From the NCBI GenBank assembly GCA_050010515.1, contig JBEKKX010000029.1, forward strand, positions 1 to 30,875: 30,875 bases of DNA, read 5' to 3'. This DNA comes from Candidatus Bathyarchaeia archaeon. Its GTDB lineage: Archaea; Thermoproteota; Bathyarchaeia; Bathyarchaeales; Bathycorpusculaceae. This document shows, piece after piece, positions 16,119-25,020 of the stretch (position 1 is its first letter; each line of letters begins with the position of its first letter). A program made the translations under genes and the position numbers. Below the pieces are notes generated by a model. It was not told the origin of the DNA, ran no database searches, and worked only from the letters and a program-made list of their open reading frames with translations.

Positions 16119-18380
16119 GTGTCAGCAATAACGCGTGTTCAGGGTAATGCAAGGGGAACAACTACATCATCCACGTTAACTATAACGATGGGTGCTGCGC
16201 CTACTGCAGGAAACCTGCTTATTCTTACTTACGGTAGCGGCGGCTCTGGCTATATCACGATTTCTTCAATAAGCCAAACAGGTGTTACTTGGACTCTAGC
16301 AAAACAGAAAGAATATAATAGTATGGTTGACGACGAGATCTGGTATGGGGTCGTGGGTTCAAGTCCGTCTGCTACAATCACGGTTAATCTTTCTGGAGCA
16401 CCTTCTTCTTATGGTGCAGTCGGCAACGTATGCGAATACACCATAGGAACACCGGCTATTTGGACTTTAGACCAAACCGCCTCAGCGACGGATTCTGGCA
16501 CGACTCTCGTCACTGGTACGACAGGAACAACTTACACCGCTAATGAAGTGATCGTTGGTAGTGTGGTTATTGCTAATACTGGACAAACTACGCCAGTTGG
16601 CAATAGTTTTGCGTTGTTGGATGGCGCACAATATGAGTATATATCCGATGCTTACTTGGAGTATATAGCGAGTGCTACGGGAACGTTTAGTTCAAGCACG
16701 ACAGTAAGCGGAGCTCATAATTCTGTGGGCGCTATCGCTACTTTCTATGGGATACCGTTAACAGTGGACGTTAACGTTTCTGATTCAGGTTCAGGCTCAG
16801 ATGCACTTGCTGTTGGTGCAATACCGATTAGTGTATCTGATTCAGGTTCAGGCTCAGATGCGACTGCAATAACTGCAAACATGACAGTGACAGAAACAGG
16901 TTCAGGAAGCGACAGCGTAACTTCTGGTGGGCCAGTCGATGTGTCTGATTCGGGCTTAGGCTCGGACGCAGCATCTGTGCTAGCCCAAGTCGGTCCGGTT
17001 CTGCCGATTTTCGCTGATAGCTTTCAAAGCGGCGATTTCAGCGCCTGGTCAAATGAATATTTCAACGCGGGGAACTTTCTTACTGTTTCGAGCGCCGTGA
17101 CATATAATAATGAACCTTTCAGTGCAAGCGTCTACATCAACGAAGTTGGTGCTGCAGTCGGGGGCGCTGGTTCCTACGCCACGGTGAATAAAGTATTTGC
17201 TGAGTCGCAGTCGCCCATTTATTGTCGGTTCTACGTTTATTTGACGGAATTGCCGGGTCCCGTGGAGAACGACGCCATAATCTTGTTTACTTTGTACAAC
17301 GGTGAACATGACCTTGTCGAAGTCGGCCTAGTCAGAAAATCAGGCAACTTGGAATTTAGAGCAGACGAGAATTATCCGAGCGAGATCTACAGCTATAGTT
17401 CCCCCGTGGACTTCCAGGCAAATACGTGGTATTGTATAGAAGTCGGATACGTGCAGGATCCGGTCAACGGCGCGTATTACATCTTTTTCAATGGGACGCA
17501 AGTCCTCAACGATACGGGCTTGAACACGAGCGCGGGAGACGCGACATCAATAGCCTGTCCCTCCAACAGGCAGCAAGGTACGTTGACATATCCTGTAGTT
17601 TACACGGATTGCGTTGTCATGGCCAATACGTATATCGGGCCAATAGGCTACGGACTCTCGGACATAGGGTTAGCGGTTGACGTAGCTTCGACTCCAGGAG
17701 TCATCTCCGTCTCCGACATATGTACGGGTGACGCAGGCCTGATCATGTCATGGCCGATCGGGGTTTCTGACGCAGTCTCAGGAGCAGACAGCGCAAGCAT
17801 GGTCGTTGCAACTCAAATCCCAGTTTCCGACACAAGTTCAGGAGCTGATGCTGTCGCCAGTTTGCAAGCTCAAATCCCAGTTTTGGATGCTGGGGCAGGA
17901 GCGGAGAGTATTGGAGTTCAAGGCGCGATACCTGTTTCCGATGTAGGTTCAGGAGCAGACAGTGCAATAGTTGGCAGCCCCGTAAACGTTTCTGATAGCG
18001 GGTTGGGTTCTGATATTTTAGTAGCAGTTAACGTTCAAGTTTTAATTTCTGATGTGGGCTTAGGCACGGATGCTTTAGCAGCAATAATTGCTCAAATTCT
18101 CGCTACTGATTTAGGGTTGGGAACTGATAGTTTACTTCTTGGAATTCCGGTAAACCTTTCTGATTTAGGGTTGGGAACTGATAGTTTACTTCTTGGTACG
18201 CCGGTAAACCTTTCTGATTCAGGTTTAGGATCAGACGTTGTTGTAATTAAAGCTCAAGTTTTCTTAAGTGACATAGGAACAGGTTTGGATGTTGCGGTTA
18301 TTGTTGGAACGCTGCCTACTCACGCAATCATAATTCAAACTGAAAAAGGAAACGTAACGCTTCAAAGCGATTCAGATTAA
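16119..18380 (+). CDS. large fibre/adhesin-like virion protein with SDSGxGxD repeats and an inserted lectin-like beta-sandwich
   Basis: Thr/Ser/Gly-rich; about 18-19-aa V.D.G.G.D repeats flank the FADSFQSGDFSAWS...NTWYCIEV...YTDCVV domain. Confidence 0.7.
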   Translation: MSAITRVQGNARGTTTSSTLTITMGAAPTAGNLLILTYGSGGSGYITISSISQTGVTWTLAKQKEYNSMVDDEIWYGVVGSSPSATITVNLSGAPSSYGAVGNVCEYTIGTPAIWTLDQTASATDSGTTLVTGTTGTTYTANEVIVGSVVIANTGQTTPVGNSFALLDGAQYEYISDAYLEYIASATGTFSSSTTVSGAHNSVGAIATFYGIPLTVDVNVSDSGSGSDALAVGAIPISVSDSGSGSDATAITANMTVTETGSGSDSVTSGGPVDVSDSGLGSDAASVLAQVGPVLPIFADSFQSGDFSAWSNEYFNAGNFLTVSSAVTYNNEPFSASVYINEVGAAVGGAGSYATVNKVFAESQSPIYCRFYVYLTELPGPVENDAIILFTLYNGEHDLVEVGLVRKSGNLEFRADENYPSEIYSYSSPVDFQANTWYCIEVGYVQDPVNGAYYIFFNGTQVLNDTGLNTSAGDATSIACPSNRQQGTLTYPVVYTDCVVMANTYIGPIGYGLSDIGLAVDVASTPGVISVSDICTGDAGLIMSWPIGVSDAVSGADSASMVVATQIPVSDTSSGADAVASLQAQIPVLDAGAGAESIGVQGAIPVSDVGSGADSAIVGSPVNVSDSGLGSDILVAVNVQVLISDVGLGTDALAAIIAQILATDLGLGTDSLLLGIPVNLSDLGLGTDSLLLGTPVNLSDSGLGSDVVVIKAQVFLSDIGTGLDVAVIVGTLPTHAIIIQTEKGNVTLQSDSD
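16779..16861 (+). repeat. 26-bp exact repeat at 57-bp spacing
   Basis: TCTGATTCAGGTTCAGGCTCAGATGC at 16779 and 16836. Confidence 0.9.
18106..18219 (+). repeat. 54-bp tandem duplication
   Basis: CTGATTTAGGGTTGGGAACTGATAGTTTACTTCTTGG...CCGGTAAACCTTT x2. Confidence 0.9.
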
Positions 18381-18415
18381 TTCCGAAAGATGGCGTTTAA
18401 GGTTCGGGAAATAAT

Positions 18416-18622
18416 TTGGGCTATGGTCATAAGAAGCCTAAGCTTCCTTGTAAGAGTCATCAGCATCGATGGATGCGTTTTGGTTGGCATGGGGGACCTG
18501 TGGGTTTAGGCGCAAAATTACCAAGTGATTATTGCTATTTCTGTCGCATAACGCGTGAACAGTTTGAGGAATTTGAGAAGAATTTGAAAGGATGTGTAAA
18601 ACGCGAGTATTCCAAGTGTTGA
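18416..18622 (+). CDS. small Cys/His-rich hypothetical protein
   Basis: C...H.H.W...CYFC; fills the gap up to the next ATG. Confidence 0.55.
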   Translation: MGYGHKKPKLPCKSHQHRWMRFGWHGGPVGLGAKLPSDYCYFCRITREQFEEFEKNLKGCVKREYSKC

Positions 18623-18623
18623 A

Positions 18624-19403
18624 ATGAACACTGGCGATTTGTCGCCTAGCATTGTTGCTACCCTGCAGAATAGCGACGGCTCAATTTTTAATTTGACAGG
18701 TTGCACTGTGCTATTCCAGATGAGTCAGCAAGGACAAATACTGTTCAGTCATGCTGCAACAGTGACGAATGCAACGAGCGGTGTTGTGCAGTATAATTGG
18801 CAAGAGAGCGATACAGAAGACGTTTACGGCGTCTGCACCGGGCAATTTATCGTTACATTGCCAGGCGGTGCCACGCAGACTTTTCCAACAGTCGATGTCT
18901 TCTACATTATTTTTCCGCTTCAACCGGTAACTACACCGTCAACGCTGCCGCAATTCACCACATTAAGCGAAGTTATGGGGCACCTTAACGTCCAAGGACC
19001 TGACAGCACCGGGAACTATACTGTTTATGGGTTGCCTGTTTCTCAGCAAGGTATCCAGGCGCAGGTTGATCACGCGAACACGTACATAAACAGCCTATTG
19101 CCAAATGTGACATCGACGGATCCGCGTTATCCGTCTGCTCAGCTAGCAGCACTTGATATGGCATGCATGGACGTGTTAGTCGCTGCAAGCGGCGGCATGC
19201 TCCTGGGCGCAGCAGATTACAAGCTTGGCGACTTATTCGTAACAAAAGGCACAATTACAAAGTTTGCATATCAAACTGCTGTCCAAAACTTCAAAGACGA
19301 CTTCGTCCGAAACATAACGAATCTTTCAACTGTTGCAATAGGCGCCGTAGCACGTACAGCATTCTCAGTACCACGATACCAAGGAGGCTTGATTTCCCCT
19401 TGA
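18624..19403 (+). CDS. BppU-N-like Ig domain fused to a putative head-tail adaptor
   Basis: GDL.P...L...DG...NLTG.TV.F...GVVQY.W...DT...TFP; C-terminal half FTTLSEV..HL...ANTYINSLL...AALDMA. Confidence 0.65.
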   Translation: MNTGDLSPSIVATLQNSDGSIFNLTGCTVLFQMSQQGQILFSHAATVTNATSGVVQYNWQESDTEDVYGVCTGQFIVTLPGGATQTFPTVDVFYIIFPLQPVTTPSTLPQFTTLSEVMGHLNVQGPDSTGNYTVYGLPVSQQGIQAQVDHANTYINSLLPNVTSTDPRYPSAQLAALDMACMDVLVAASGGMLLGAADYKLGDLFVTKGTITKFAYQTAVQNFKDDFVRNITNLSTVAIGAVARTAFSVPRYQGGLISP

Positions 19404-19594
19404 GTGAATCAAATCATCCTAACGTAGTGATCGTTGAAAATGCCATTGTCGGATCATTTCGGATTCGGCGTAACCGCATAATCGCTAAAGTCAACAACGT
19501 AAACACAATCATGACTAGCGCCGAATTTGAGCGGCTCCGGCATGAAGGCTACGATTTAGAAGCAATCGGTAGCGAATGCGAAACAGGGGCGTAA
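19400..19594 (+). CDS. 64-aa hypothetical protein MSESNHPNVVIVEN...
   Basis: AAGGAGG RBS, TTGA overlap; 3' part of track ORF 19163..19594. Confidence 0.6.
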   Translation: MSESNHPNVVIVENAIVGSFRIRRNRIIAKVNNVNTIMTSAEFERLRHEGYDLEAIGSECETGA

Positions 19595-19595
19595 A

Positions 19596-19751
19596 TTGAC
19601 GTATCATGAAGCAACCATACCTCATCAGCAAGATCCATCGATAACAGTTGTTGAGGAAGCTTGTTATCTTGCAAAATTAACCTTGCATATTTCAGATTGC
19701 CGCCAATGCTACGGAAAATCAAGCTGTTCTAAAAAGAAGCCAGGTGTTTAA
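19596..19751 (+). CDS. 51-aa Cys-rich hypothetical protein MTYHEATIPHQQDP...CRQC...C
   Basis: TTG 1 nt after the previous stop; fills the gap; four Cys. Confidence 0.55.
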   Translation: MTYHEATIPHQQDPSITVVEEACYLAKLTLHISDCRQCYGKSSCSKKKPGV

Positions 19752-19766
19752 AGGAGTTTAACGTGA

Positions 19767-20204
19767 ATGTCGACTGATCAGGCTGCGGTTGTTTCGGAGT
19801 TGCTGCAGGCTAATTGGAGCTTAGCTAATCCGGTGGCGGTTGCTAATATTTTGTGGCCTACTACGCGGATGGATGCGATTGGGGTTACTCAGGGCAAAGG
19901 ATCCTTGCAAATAGCTGTCTATAATGCGAGCCCTTCAAAGCAGGTTGATCCGCTTAGCCGTGAATGTTACTTGGTTGCTGAGAAGCTGGTTGTTGATGTT
20001 ATCGTGGTTAATGCTAGTCAGAGCACAAGTGATTTAGCAGCGGCAGAAGTAACGTTGGAGTTGTTGCAGGCTGAGGTTTACCGTATTATTCACATGCAGG
20101 ATCCGAATTATGCGGTGTCGGGGGAGCCGATTCATAGTAATGCGCCAGACATAACTCGATTGATGATTAATGTTGACGCAGTGTACTTTCAAGTTTCAAC
20201 TTAA
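19767..20204 (+). CDS. putative tail terminator/completion protein
   Basis: 145 aa, AAGGAG RBS; size, alpha/beta pattern and position. Confidence 0.55.
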   Translation: MSTDQAAVVSELLQANWSLANPVAVANILWPTTRMDAIGVTQGKGSLQIAVYNASPSKQVDPLSRECYLVAEKLVVDVIVVNASQSTSDLAAAEVTLELLQAEVYRIIHMQDPNYAVSGEPIHSNAPDITRLMINVDAVYFQVST

Positions 20205-20216
20205 CAGGTGTTTTTG

Positions 20217-20360
20217 ATGGGTAAGAAGTCAAGAGAGAAGCATACGGGTTTAACAGCAATGGGGCGGCAGAGATGCCCTAAAAAAGCAATCCCGATTGCT
20301 CTGCAGTTCACGCAAGGGAAAAAAGGATGCGTATGCGAAGGCGTCAGCCAAGCAGCTTAG
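20217..20360 (+). CDS. 47-aa basic hypothetical protein MGKKSREKH...
   Basis: AGGTG RBS; possible 1-nt indel in the A6 run near 20320. Confidence 0.4.
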   Translation: MGKKSREKHTGLTAMGRQRCPKKAIPIALQFTQGKKGCVCEGVSQAA

Positions 20361-20375
20361 GTTACGTGTTCTAAA

Positions 20376-20738
20376 ATGAGTATTGAAGTTCAAGTTAACT
20401 TATCGAATTTTAATGTGTGGGGCAGTTGCTTGGAGTGTCTTTGTGAGCAGTACCCGGAGGCTGTGGGACAGGCTATGGTGAATGTTGCAGGGAATATTTT
20501 GGCGACTGCGAATGTTCTTGTACCGGTGCGGACTGGTTTTTTGAAAAGTACCTTGGCGGTTGAGCAACCTAGCAATTTTCAGCTTAAGGTTAAGGCTACG
20601 GCGCCTTACGCGTATTATGTTGAGTTTGGCACAAGAAAAATGTCTGCGCGGCTTTTCCTTACTAACTCGGTTAATCAGCATCTTAGCGAATTTGCGCCGG
20701 AAATTGAGCAGCAAATCCAAGATTTACTGCAAGGTTAG
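20376..20738 (+). CDS. HK97 gp10-family neck/tail-completion protein
   Basis: VPVRTGFLKST...APYAYYVEFGTRKMSAR.FL. Confidence 0.9.
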   Translation: MSIEVQVNLSNFNVWGSCLECLCEQYPEAVGQAMVNVAGNILATANVLVPVRTGFLKSTLAVEQPSNFQLKVKATAPYAYYVEFGTRKMSARLFLTNSVNQHLSEFAPEIEQQIQDLLQG

Positions 20739-20777
20739 CGGTCTTTAAAGTAACTACATGTAATCGAGGCGAAAAGT

Positions 20778-21200
20778 ATGAGTTTAGCTACCACACCGGT
20801 TCTAAGTCGGAATGCAGTTGTTCAAGTGGGCGGAACGGCAATCGGTTTCCTCACTGACTTCACTATGGATGTTAAGGCGGAAATGATTAAGGAATACGTT
20901 TGCGCGTCAGGTGGGTCTCCATCTCCAGCTTTCACGGCAAGCGGCAACCAGTCTTACACGTTTAAGGCTTCTGCGCTTTATGTTCCCGCAAATTATGCAG
21001 CATTGCTTACAGATGTTCTTAACGGCTCATTGGTTACTGTTATTTGGGGTCCACAGGGCACGACTACGGGGTCAGGAACTCCAAAAATCACGTTAAGCAA
21101 CGTTGTCTTGACAGCTTACAGCGTGAAGAACGGCCAGAAAGGCACAATAGCAAACGATATTAGCGGAGAAGCGCAAACCGTAGCAGAAAGCACATTCTAG
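20778..21200 (+). CDS. major tail (tube) protein
   Basis: 140-aa beta-rich protein between gp10-like gene and tail chaperone; GAGG RBS; oligo-T after the stop. Confidence 0.75.
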   Translation: MSLATTPVLSRNAVVQVGGTAIGFLTDFTMDVKAEMIKEYVCASGGSPSPAFTASGNQSYTFKASALYVPANYAALLTDVLNGSLVTVIWGPQGTTTGSGTPKITLSNVVLTAYSVKNGQKGTIANDISGEAQTVAESTF

Positions 21201-21241
21201 CGTTTTTTTTCTTTTCGTCTTAGTAGTTTGAGTCGATTTTC

Positions 21242-22102
21242 TTATCGCCAAACTCGATGAGTGAGAATTAAAATAGCGAGGACTAACATGAATATTCCAA
21301 GCGCAAGAGGTACTAATGCAAGCAGATAACTTGCAGATGTTTCCGAAGCAACAGTTGATCCCTGTTGCTGAGTAAGCGAAAATGAATCCACTATTGCCTG
21401 TATGCTTGAGCTTGCCAAGAAGTAATATTGACCTTGGGGCAGGTTGAGTGAGACACTTCCAGCTTGGAGGTCGTACTGGGTTATGTATGCAGTTGGAACA
21501 CCAGTGAAATTTGTCAAAGCTACAGATACCTCCCCGTTCGTCGTGTGTTGCAGCAGTAAAGCATCATGTTGTGTGGAGTTCTGAATGTAAATTGAAATAA
21601 TGCTTGAAGCGCTCCAAGTAATATTCAATGGTGAAGCAGATTGGATATTCCAAGATAAGAGCGATACAGTTGTGTTTTGAGGTATAACCTGATTTGAAAT
21701 TCCCGCTTGATCTGTACTGACTGAGGTGATTGGAGCAAACGCAAAAGAACCAAGCGCAGATGCGATTAGCAGAATACCGACGAGAATTAGAAGCGCAGCT
21801 GCCACCATTTTTAGAGTCGATTGATGCTTCTTTTCCTTTGAAGCCTTCTCAGGGAAGGTCTGAAGCAAGTTGACGGCAAGCTGTCCTCTTTCAGTCAGGT
21901 GATACATTCCTTGGTCATCTTTGGAAATAAGACCATTTAATGCCTTCAGATGATAGTTAAGCCTGCCCGTGTTTGTTACTTTTAAGATCGCCATTATTTC
22001 GGTATAGCTAATCGCGTCTTTTTCCTTAAGCAAGTCAAGAATACTTCTTCTTGTAGTATCGCCTAGAATCTTATGCAAGGATGACCAATCAACTTGTTCC
22101 AT
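21242..22102 (-). CDS. ArsR-type wHTH membrane-bound regulator (moron)
   Basis: LHKILGDTTRRSILDLL...GRLNYHLKAL...YHLTERG; TM, extracellular domain, TM; antisense to the tail operon. Confidence 0.85.
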   Translation of the reverse strand: MEQVDWSSLHKILGDTTRRSILDLLKEKDAISYTEIMAILKVTNTGRLNYHLKALNGLISKDDQGMYHLTERGQLAVNLLQTFPEKASKEKKHQSTLKMVAAALLILVGILLIASALGSFAFAPITSVSTDQAGISNQVIPQNTTVSLLSWNIQSASPLNITWSASSIISIYIQNSTQHDALLLQHTTNGEVSVALTNFTGVPTAYITQYDLQAGSVSLNLPQGQYYFLASSSIQAIVDSFSLTQQQGSTVASETSASYLLALVPLALGIFMLVLAILILTHRVWR

Positions 22103-22130
22103 ACTAATCGCTTCTTTCAATGCTTCATTT

Positions 22131-22179
22131 TAACATTTTTGATAAAATCCGTTATCAATGCGTTATCAAAGAAATGTTA
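22131..22179. promoter_or_regulatory. putative operator upstream of the ArsR moron
   Basis: TTGATAA-N6-TTATCAA 22139-22158; CGTTATCAA x2; longer IR TAACATTTTTGATAA / TTATCAAAGAAATGTTA. Confidence 0.55.
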
Positions 22180-22268
22180 GGCCGACAATAGAAAAAAAGG
22201 TTCCCTCGTTCCCGATTATGTTGAAGTAACTAGCATTATATGGGCATTAATGGTTATAATGAGGTGAT

Positions 22269-22724
22269 TTGATGAGTGAAGAAAAATTTGATGCTGAAGG
22301 CTTCGAGAAACTTAAAGCTGCATTCAACGAATATGAAGCAGAGCAAAAAGAGCGTTTCAAAAACTTTAACGTAGGCCTACTGAAAAACAGTAAGGTCCCG
22401 CAGGAGGCTAATGTTCCTGGCGCCGGATGGGTCAAATTCGTATTACTTACCCATAACGAACTGAGCGATTTAGCGAAGTTTTACAAGGATGATCAGCGCG
22501 AATTCGAACTGCAGGCGCTTCTAAAGATGATGAAGCCCTGCTACCCAGATTTAACAGAGAAGGACCTGCGTGATGCCCCATGGGACCTCGTACGGGCTCT
22601 AGAGAAGGCTTTGCTTAATGAGGGTTTTTTACCGCGTCAGGTGAGGCGGTCAATGACTGGATTTACTGGAGCAGTGAAGCCCAGCGGATCGCAGCCGTCA
22701 TCAACCTCTACCACTACACCCTAG
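22269..22724 (+). CDS. tail assembly chaperone (gpG-like)
   Basis: GAGGTGA RBS; between tail tube and tape measure; slippery site near the 3' end. Confidence 0.8.
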   Translation: MMSEEKFDAEGFEKLKAAFNEYEAEQKERFKNFNVGLLKNSKVPQEANVPGAGWVKFVLLTHNELSDLAKFYKDDQREFELQALLKMMKPCYPDLTEKDLRDAPWDLVRALEKALLNEGFLPRQVRRSMTGFTGAVKPSGSQPSSTSTTTP

Positions 22725-22807
22725 AATACGCGTCGTCTTTAACGGATTTTCAGCTTGAATTCTTAATTCAATCAGCCGTCTGGTTCAATAAATTGACTTC
22801 TACTTAA
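22622..22807 (+). CDS. -1 frameshift extension (gpGT-like) of the tail chaperone
   Basis: GAG GGT TTT TTA contains G GGT TTT and T TTT TTA; -1 frame reads FTASGEAVNDWIYWSSEAQRIAAVINLYHYTLEYASSLTDFQLEFLIQSAVWFNKLTST*. Confidence 0.8.
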   Translation, partial: GFFTASGEAVNDWIYWSSEAQRIAAVINLYHYTLEYASSLTDFQLEFLIQSAVWFNKLTST

Positions 22808-22864
22808 CATATAGTAAAAAACTTAAATGAAGGCGGAGATATAGGTATCAGTTAAGGAAGAAAC

Positions 22865-23437
22865 ATGTCAAAAGCTGAATACCAAAAAAAATGGAGAGAA
22901 AAAAATCGTGAAAAAATGCGTAACTATAACAGAAATTATAGAGTTTTACATAGGGAAAAGAGAACAGAACAACTAAGAGAATGGCGAAAAAAGAATCCTG
23001 AAAAAGTTCTTAATTGTAACAGACAGTATAGCGCCTTACATAAAGAAAAGAGACGAGAGTACGCAAAAGAATATTCAAGGAAAAGAAGAAAAGACCCAGA
23101 ATTCCGTAAGCGAGAACGTCTCGCAAACAATAAAAGTAGAGATAAGCTTAAAGTTAAGGTTTTTGAATTGCTTGGCGGTCAATGTGCCAATCCTTATGGT
23201 TTACATGATAAGCCATTCATTGATGTCAGATGTCTTCAAATTGACCATGTTGATGGAATCAGAGATTCCAAAGATTACCCAAGGAATAAAGATTATAGAG
23301 GTACATATGCTTTCTACAAGGAAGTCTATCAAGAGCTTCTTAAGGGTTCAAAAAAGTATCAATGTTTATGCGCTAACTGCAACTGGATTAAAAGAAGCGT
23401 AAACCACGAACTCAGAATGCAGGATAGAAAAAATTAA
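22865..23437 (+). CDS. HNH-like endonuclease with basic N-terminal repeats
   Basis: LGGQC...CLQIDHVDG...YQCLCANCNWIK; visibly AT-rich compared with its neighbours. Confidence 0.8.
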   Translation: MSKAEYQKKWREKNREKMRNYNRNYRVLHREKRTEQLREWRKKNPEKVLNCNRQYSALHKEKRREYAKEYSRKRRKDPEFRKRERLANNKSRDKLKVKVFELLGGQCANPYGLHDKPFIDVRCLQIDHVDGIRDSKDYPRNKDYRGTYAFYKEVYQELLKGSKKYQCLCANCNWIKRSVNHELRMQDRKN

Positions 23438-23459
23438 CAGAAGGTTAGCAGTAAATAAA

Positions 23460-23633
23460 ATGCGCTATAAAATATATCAAATCATGTGGCAATGTTGCGA
23501 CGGTTCGCTTTTCTTTGCTGTTTATCTTACAGATGAGAAAACGGGTAAGATAATCGGCACCAAAGGAACTACATTAAAATGTCCAATGTGCAAGGGCGAT
23601 CTTCGTATAAAAAAGATAGGCGTGATGATGTGA
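23460..23633 (+). CDS. 57-aa zinc-ribbon-like protein MRYKIYQIMWQCCDG...CPMCKG
   Basis: CC...CPMC; stop 1 nt before the tape measure start; not in the ORF track. Confidence 0.6.
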   Translation: MRYKIYQIMWQCCDGSLFFAVYLTDEKTGKIIGTKGTTLKCPMCKGDLRIKKIGVMM

Positions 23634-23634
23634 A

Positions 23635-25020
23635 TTGAGTGGGGTTCCTGCAGAGATAGATATTGTTGCGACTGATGATGCGTCAGACGTTTTCCAATCA
23701 GTCAGCAGCAACTTTACTGATATGAGCAGCAGCGTCAGCGAAGCTTCTGAAGCTATGAGTAGTGATGTTTCAGATAGCATGCAGGAGACTGCGAGTTCTG
23801 TTTCAACTATGTCAACAACTGTAGAGGCTGACACTAGCCAGATGCAGGATTCCTTCAATCAAGCCGGAAGCACCGCTCAGGTGAGCATGGGTCAAATAAC
23901 AACTAGCACTGGAGCTGCAACCGATGCGACAGATGCTTCTAGCCAAAGCTTTAGTCAAAACGCTATGCAGATGAATAGTGCAGCTATGAGCGGTGCTATG
24001 CTGTATATGGCTGTGAACAATATTGAGAATGCTCAAGTTAGCCTTAGCCGAGCAAACTTGATGGAAGAAAAAGCCGCGAATTCCGTGACGTTAGCGCAGC
24101 AGGCCTATAATTTGGCTGTTGCAAAATACGGTGAAACCAGTCTTCAGGCGCAGGATGCGGCGAATAAGCTTAACCTGGCCATTCAGACTCAACAAGTAGA
24201 TCAGGAGCGTGTTGAAGAGGCAAGCCGTAACTATAACAGTACTTTAATGATGTCGGCGCTTACTGTTATTCCTGCGGTTATTAACGTTGTAAACTTGGCA
24301 TGTAACGCCACGAAAATGTGGGAAGGCGCTCAAGCAGCTCTTGATGTTGTAATGGATGCTAACCCCGTGATGCTTGTTGTATTAGCTGTCGCGGCTTTAG
24401 TTGTCGGTTTCATAGCTGCTTACGAATACTGCAAGCCTTTCCGCGACATCATAAATGACATTGGAAGCATCATGGGCGGCGCCGTATTAAGTGCCTTTAA
24501 CGCTTTAAAAACAGCAGGCGACGCACTGTGGAATGGCTTAAACGCTGCTTACACTGGAATTCTTCTGCCAGTAGCAAACTTTTTCAAAGAAATTTTTGTT
24601 GCAGACATAAACGCTGCCTTAGTACCTATCAAAGCTTTTGAGTCAGTTATTGGCGCCGTAGCAAACGCCGTTAAACCGCTCGAAGGTTTCATAGGCGATT
24701 TAGGTTCAGCATTGGGTAAATTGTGTTTTGCGCATGCATCGCCAGCTGCTGAAGAATTCAATAAGCAGATTACACAGAGCATAGCGCTTAGCGATCAGTT
24801 AACACATAAAACCGGCACGTTAGGATCCAGTCTCCAAGGGCTTTCAGGTAACGTTAACGTTAAAAGCGGAGCTGGAACAAGCAACGTCTCAATCGGCTCA
24901 CCTAACATTACGATCGGCAGCATAACCGGGACAGCTTCGCTAAAACAGACACGAGATGCCGTGAACAAAGGTATCTGCGATGCAATGTACAAAAAAGGCA
25001 TAATGAATAAGGTGACATAG
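23635..25020 (+). CDS. tape measure protein
   Basis: IDIVATDDAS N-terminus; Ala/Ser helical body; MDANPVMLVVLAVAALV...AY...FRDII motif. Confidence 0.9.
   Translation: MSGVPAEIDIVATDDASDVFQSVSSNFTDMSSSVSEASEAMSSDVSDSMQETASSVSTMSTTVEADTSQMQDSFNQAGSTAQVSMGQITTSTGAATDATDASSQSFSQNAMQMNSAAMSGAMLYMAVNNIENAQVSLSRANLMEEKAANSVTLAQQAYNLAVAKYGETSLQAQDAANKLNLAIQTQQVDQERVEEASRNYNSTLMMSALTVIPAVINVVNLACNATKMWEGAQAALDVVMDANPVMLVVLAVAALVVGFIAAYEYCKPFRDIINDIGSIMGGAVLSAFNALKTAGDALWNGLNAAYTGILLPVANFFKEIFVADINAALVPIKAFESVIGAVANAVKPLEGFIGDLGSALGKLCFAHASPAAEEFNKQITQSIALSDQLTHKTGTLGSSLQGLSGNVNVKSGAGTSNVSIGSPNITIGSITGTASLKQTRDAVNKGICDAMYKKGIMNKVT

Noticed and set aside
16770-18219. Repeats as CRISPR or DGR template/variable repeats
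   Set aside because: In-frame coding repeats; no reverse transcriptase or cas genes, no adenine-specific variation
19163-19399. 5' part of ORF 19163..19594
   Set aside because: Out-of-frame overlap with the adaptor gene; RBS supports a start at 19400
20310-20379. Programmed frameshift at GGGAAAAAAG
   Set aside because: The slippery heptamer is not in the reading frame; the +1 frame (KKDAYAKASAKQLRLRVLK) points at most to a homopolymer indel
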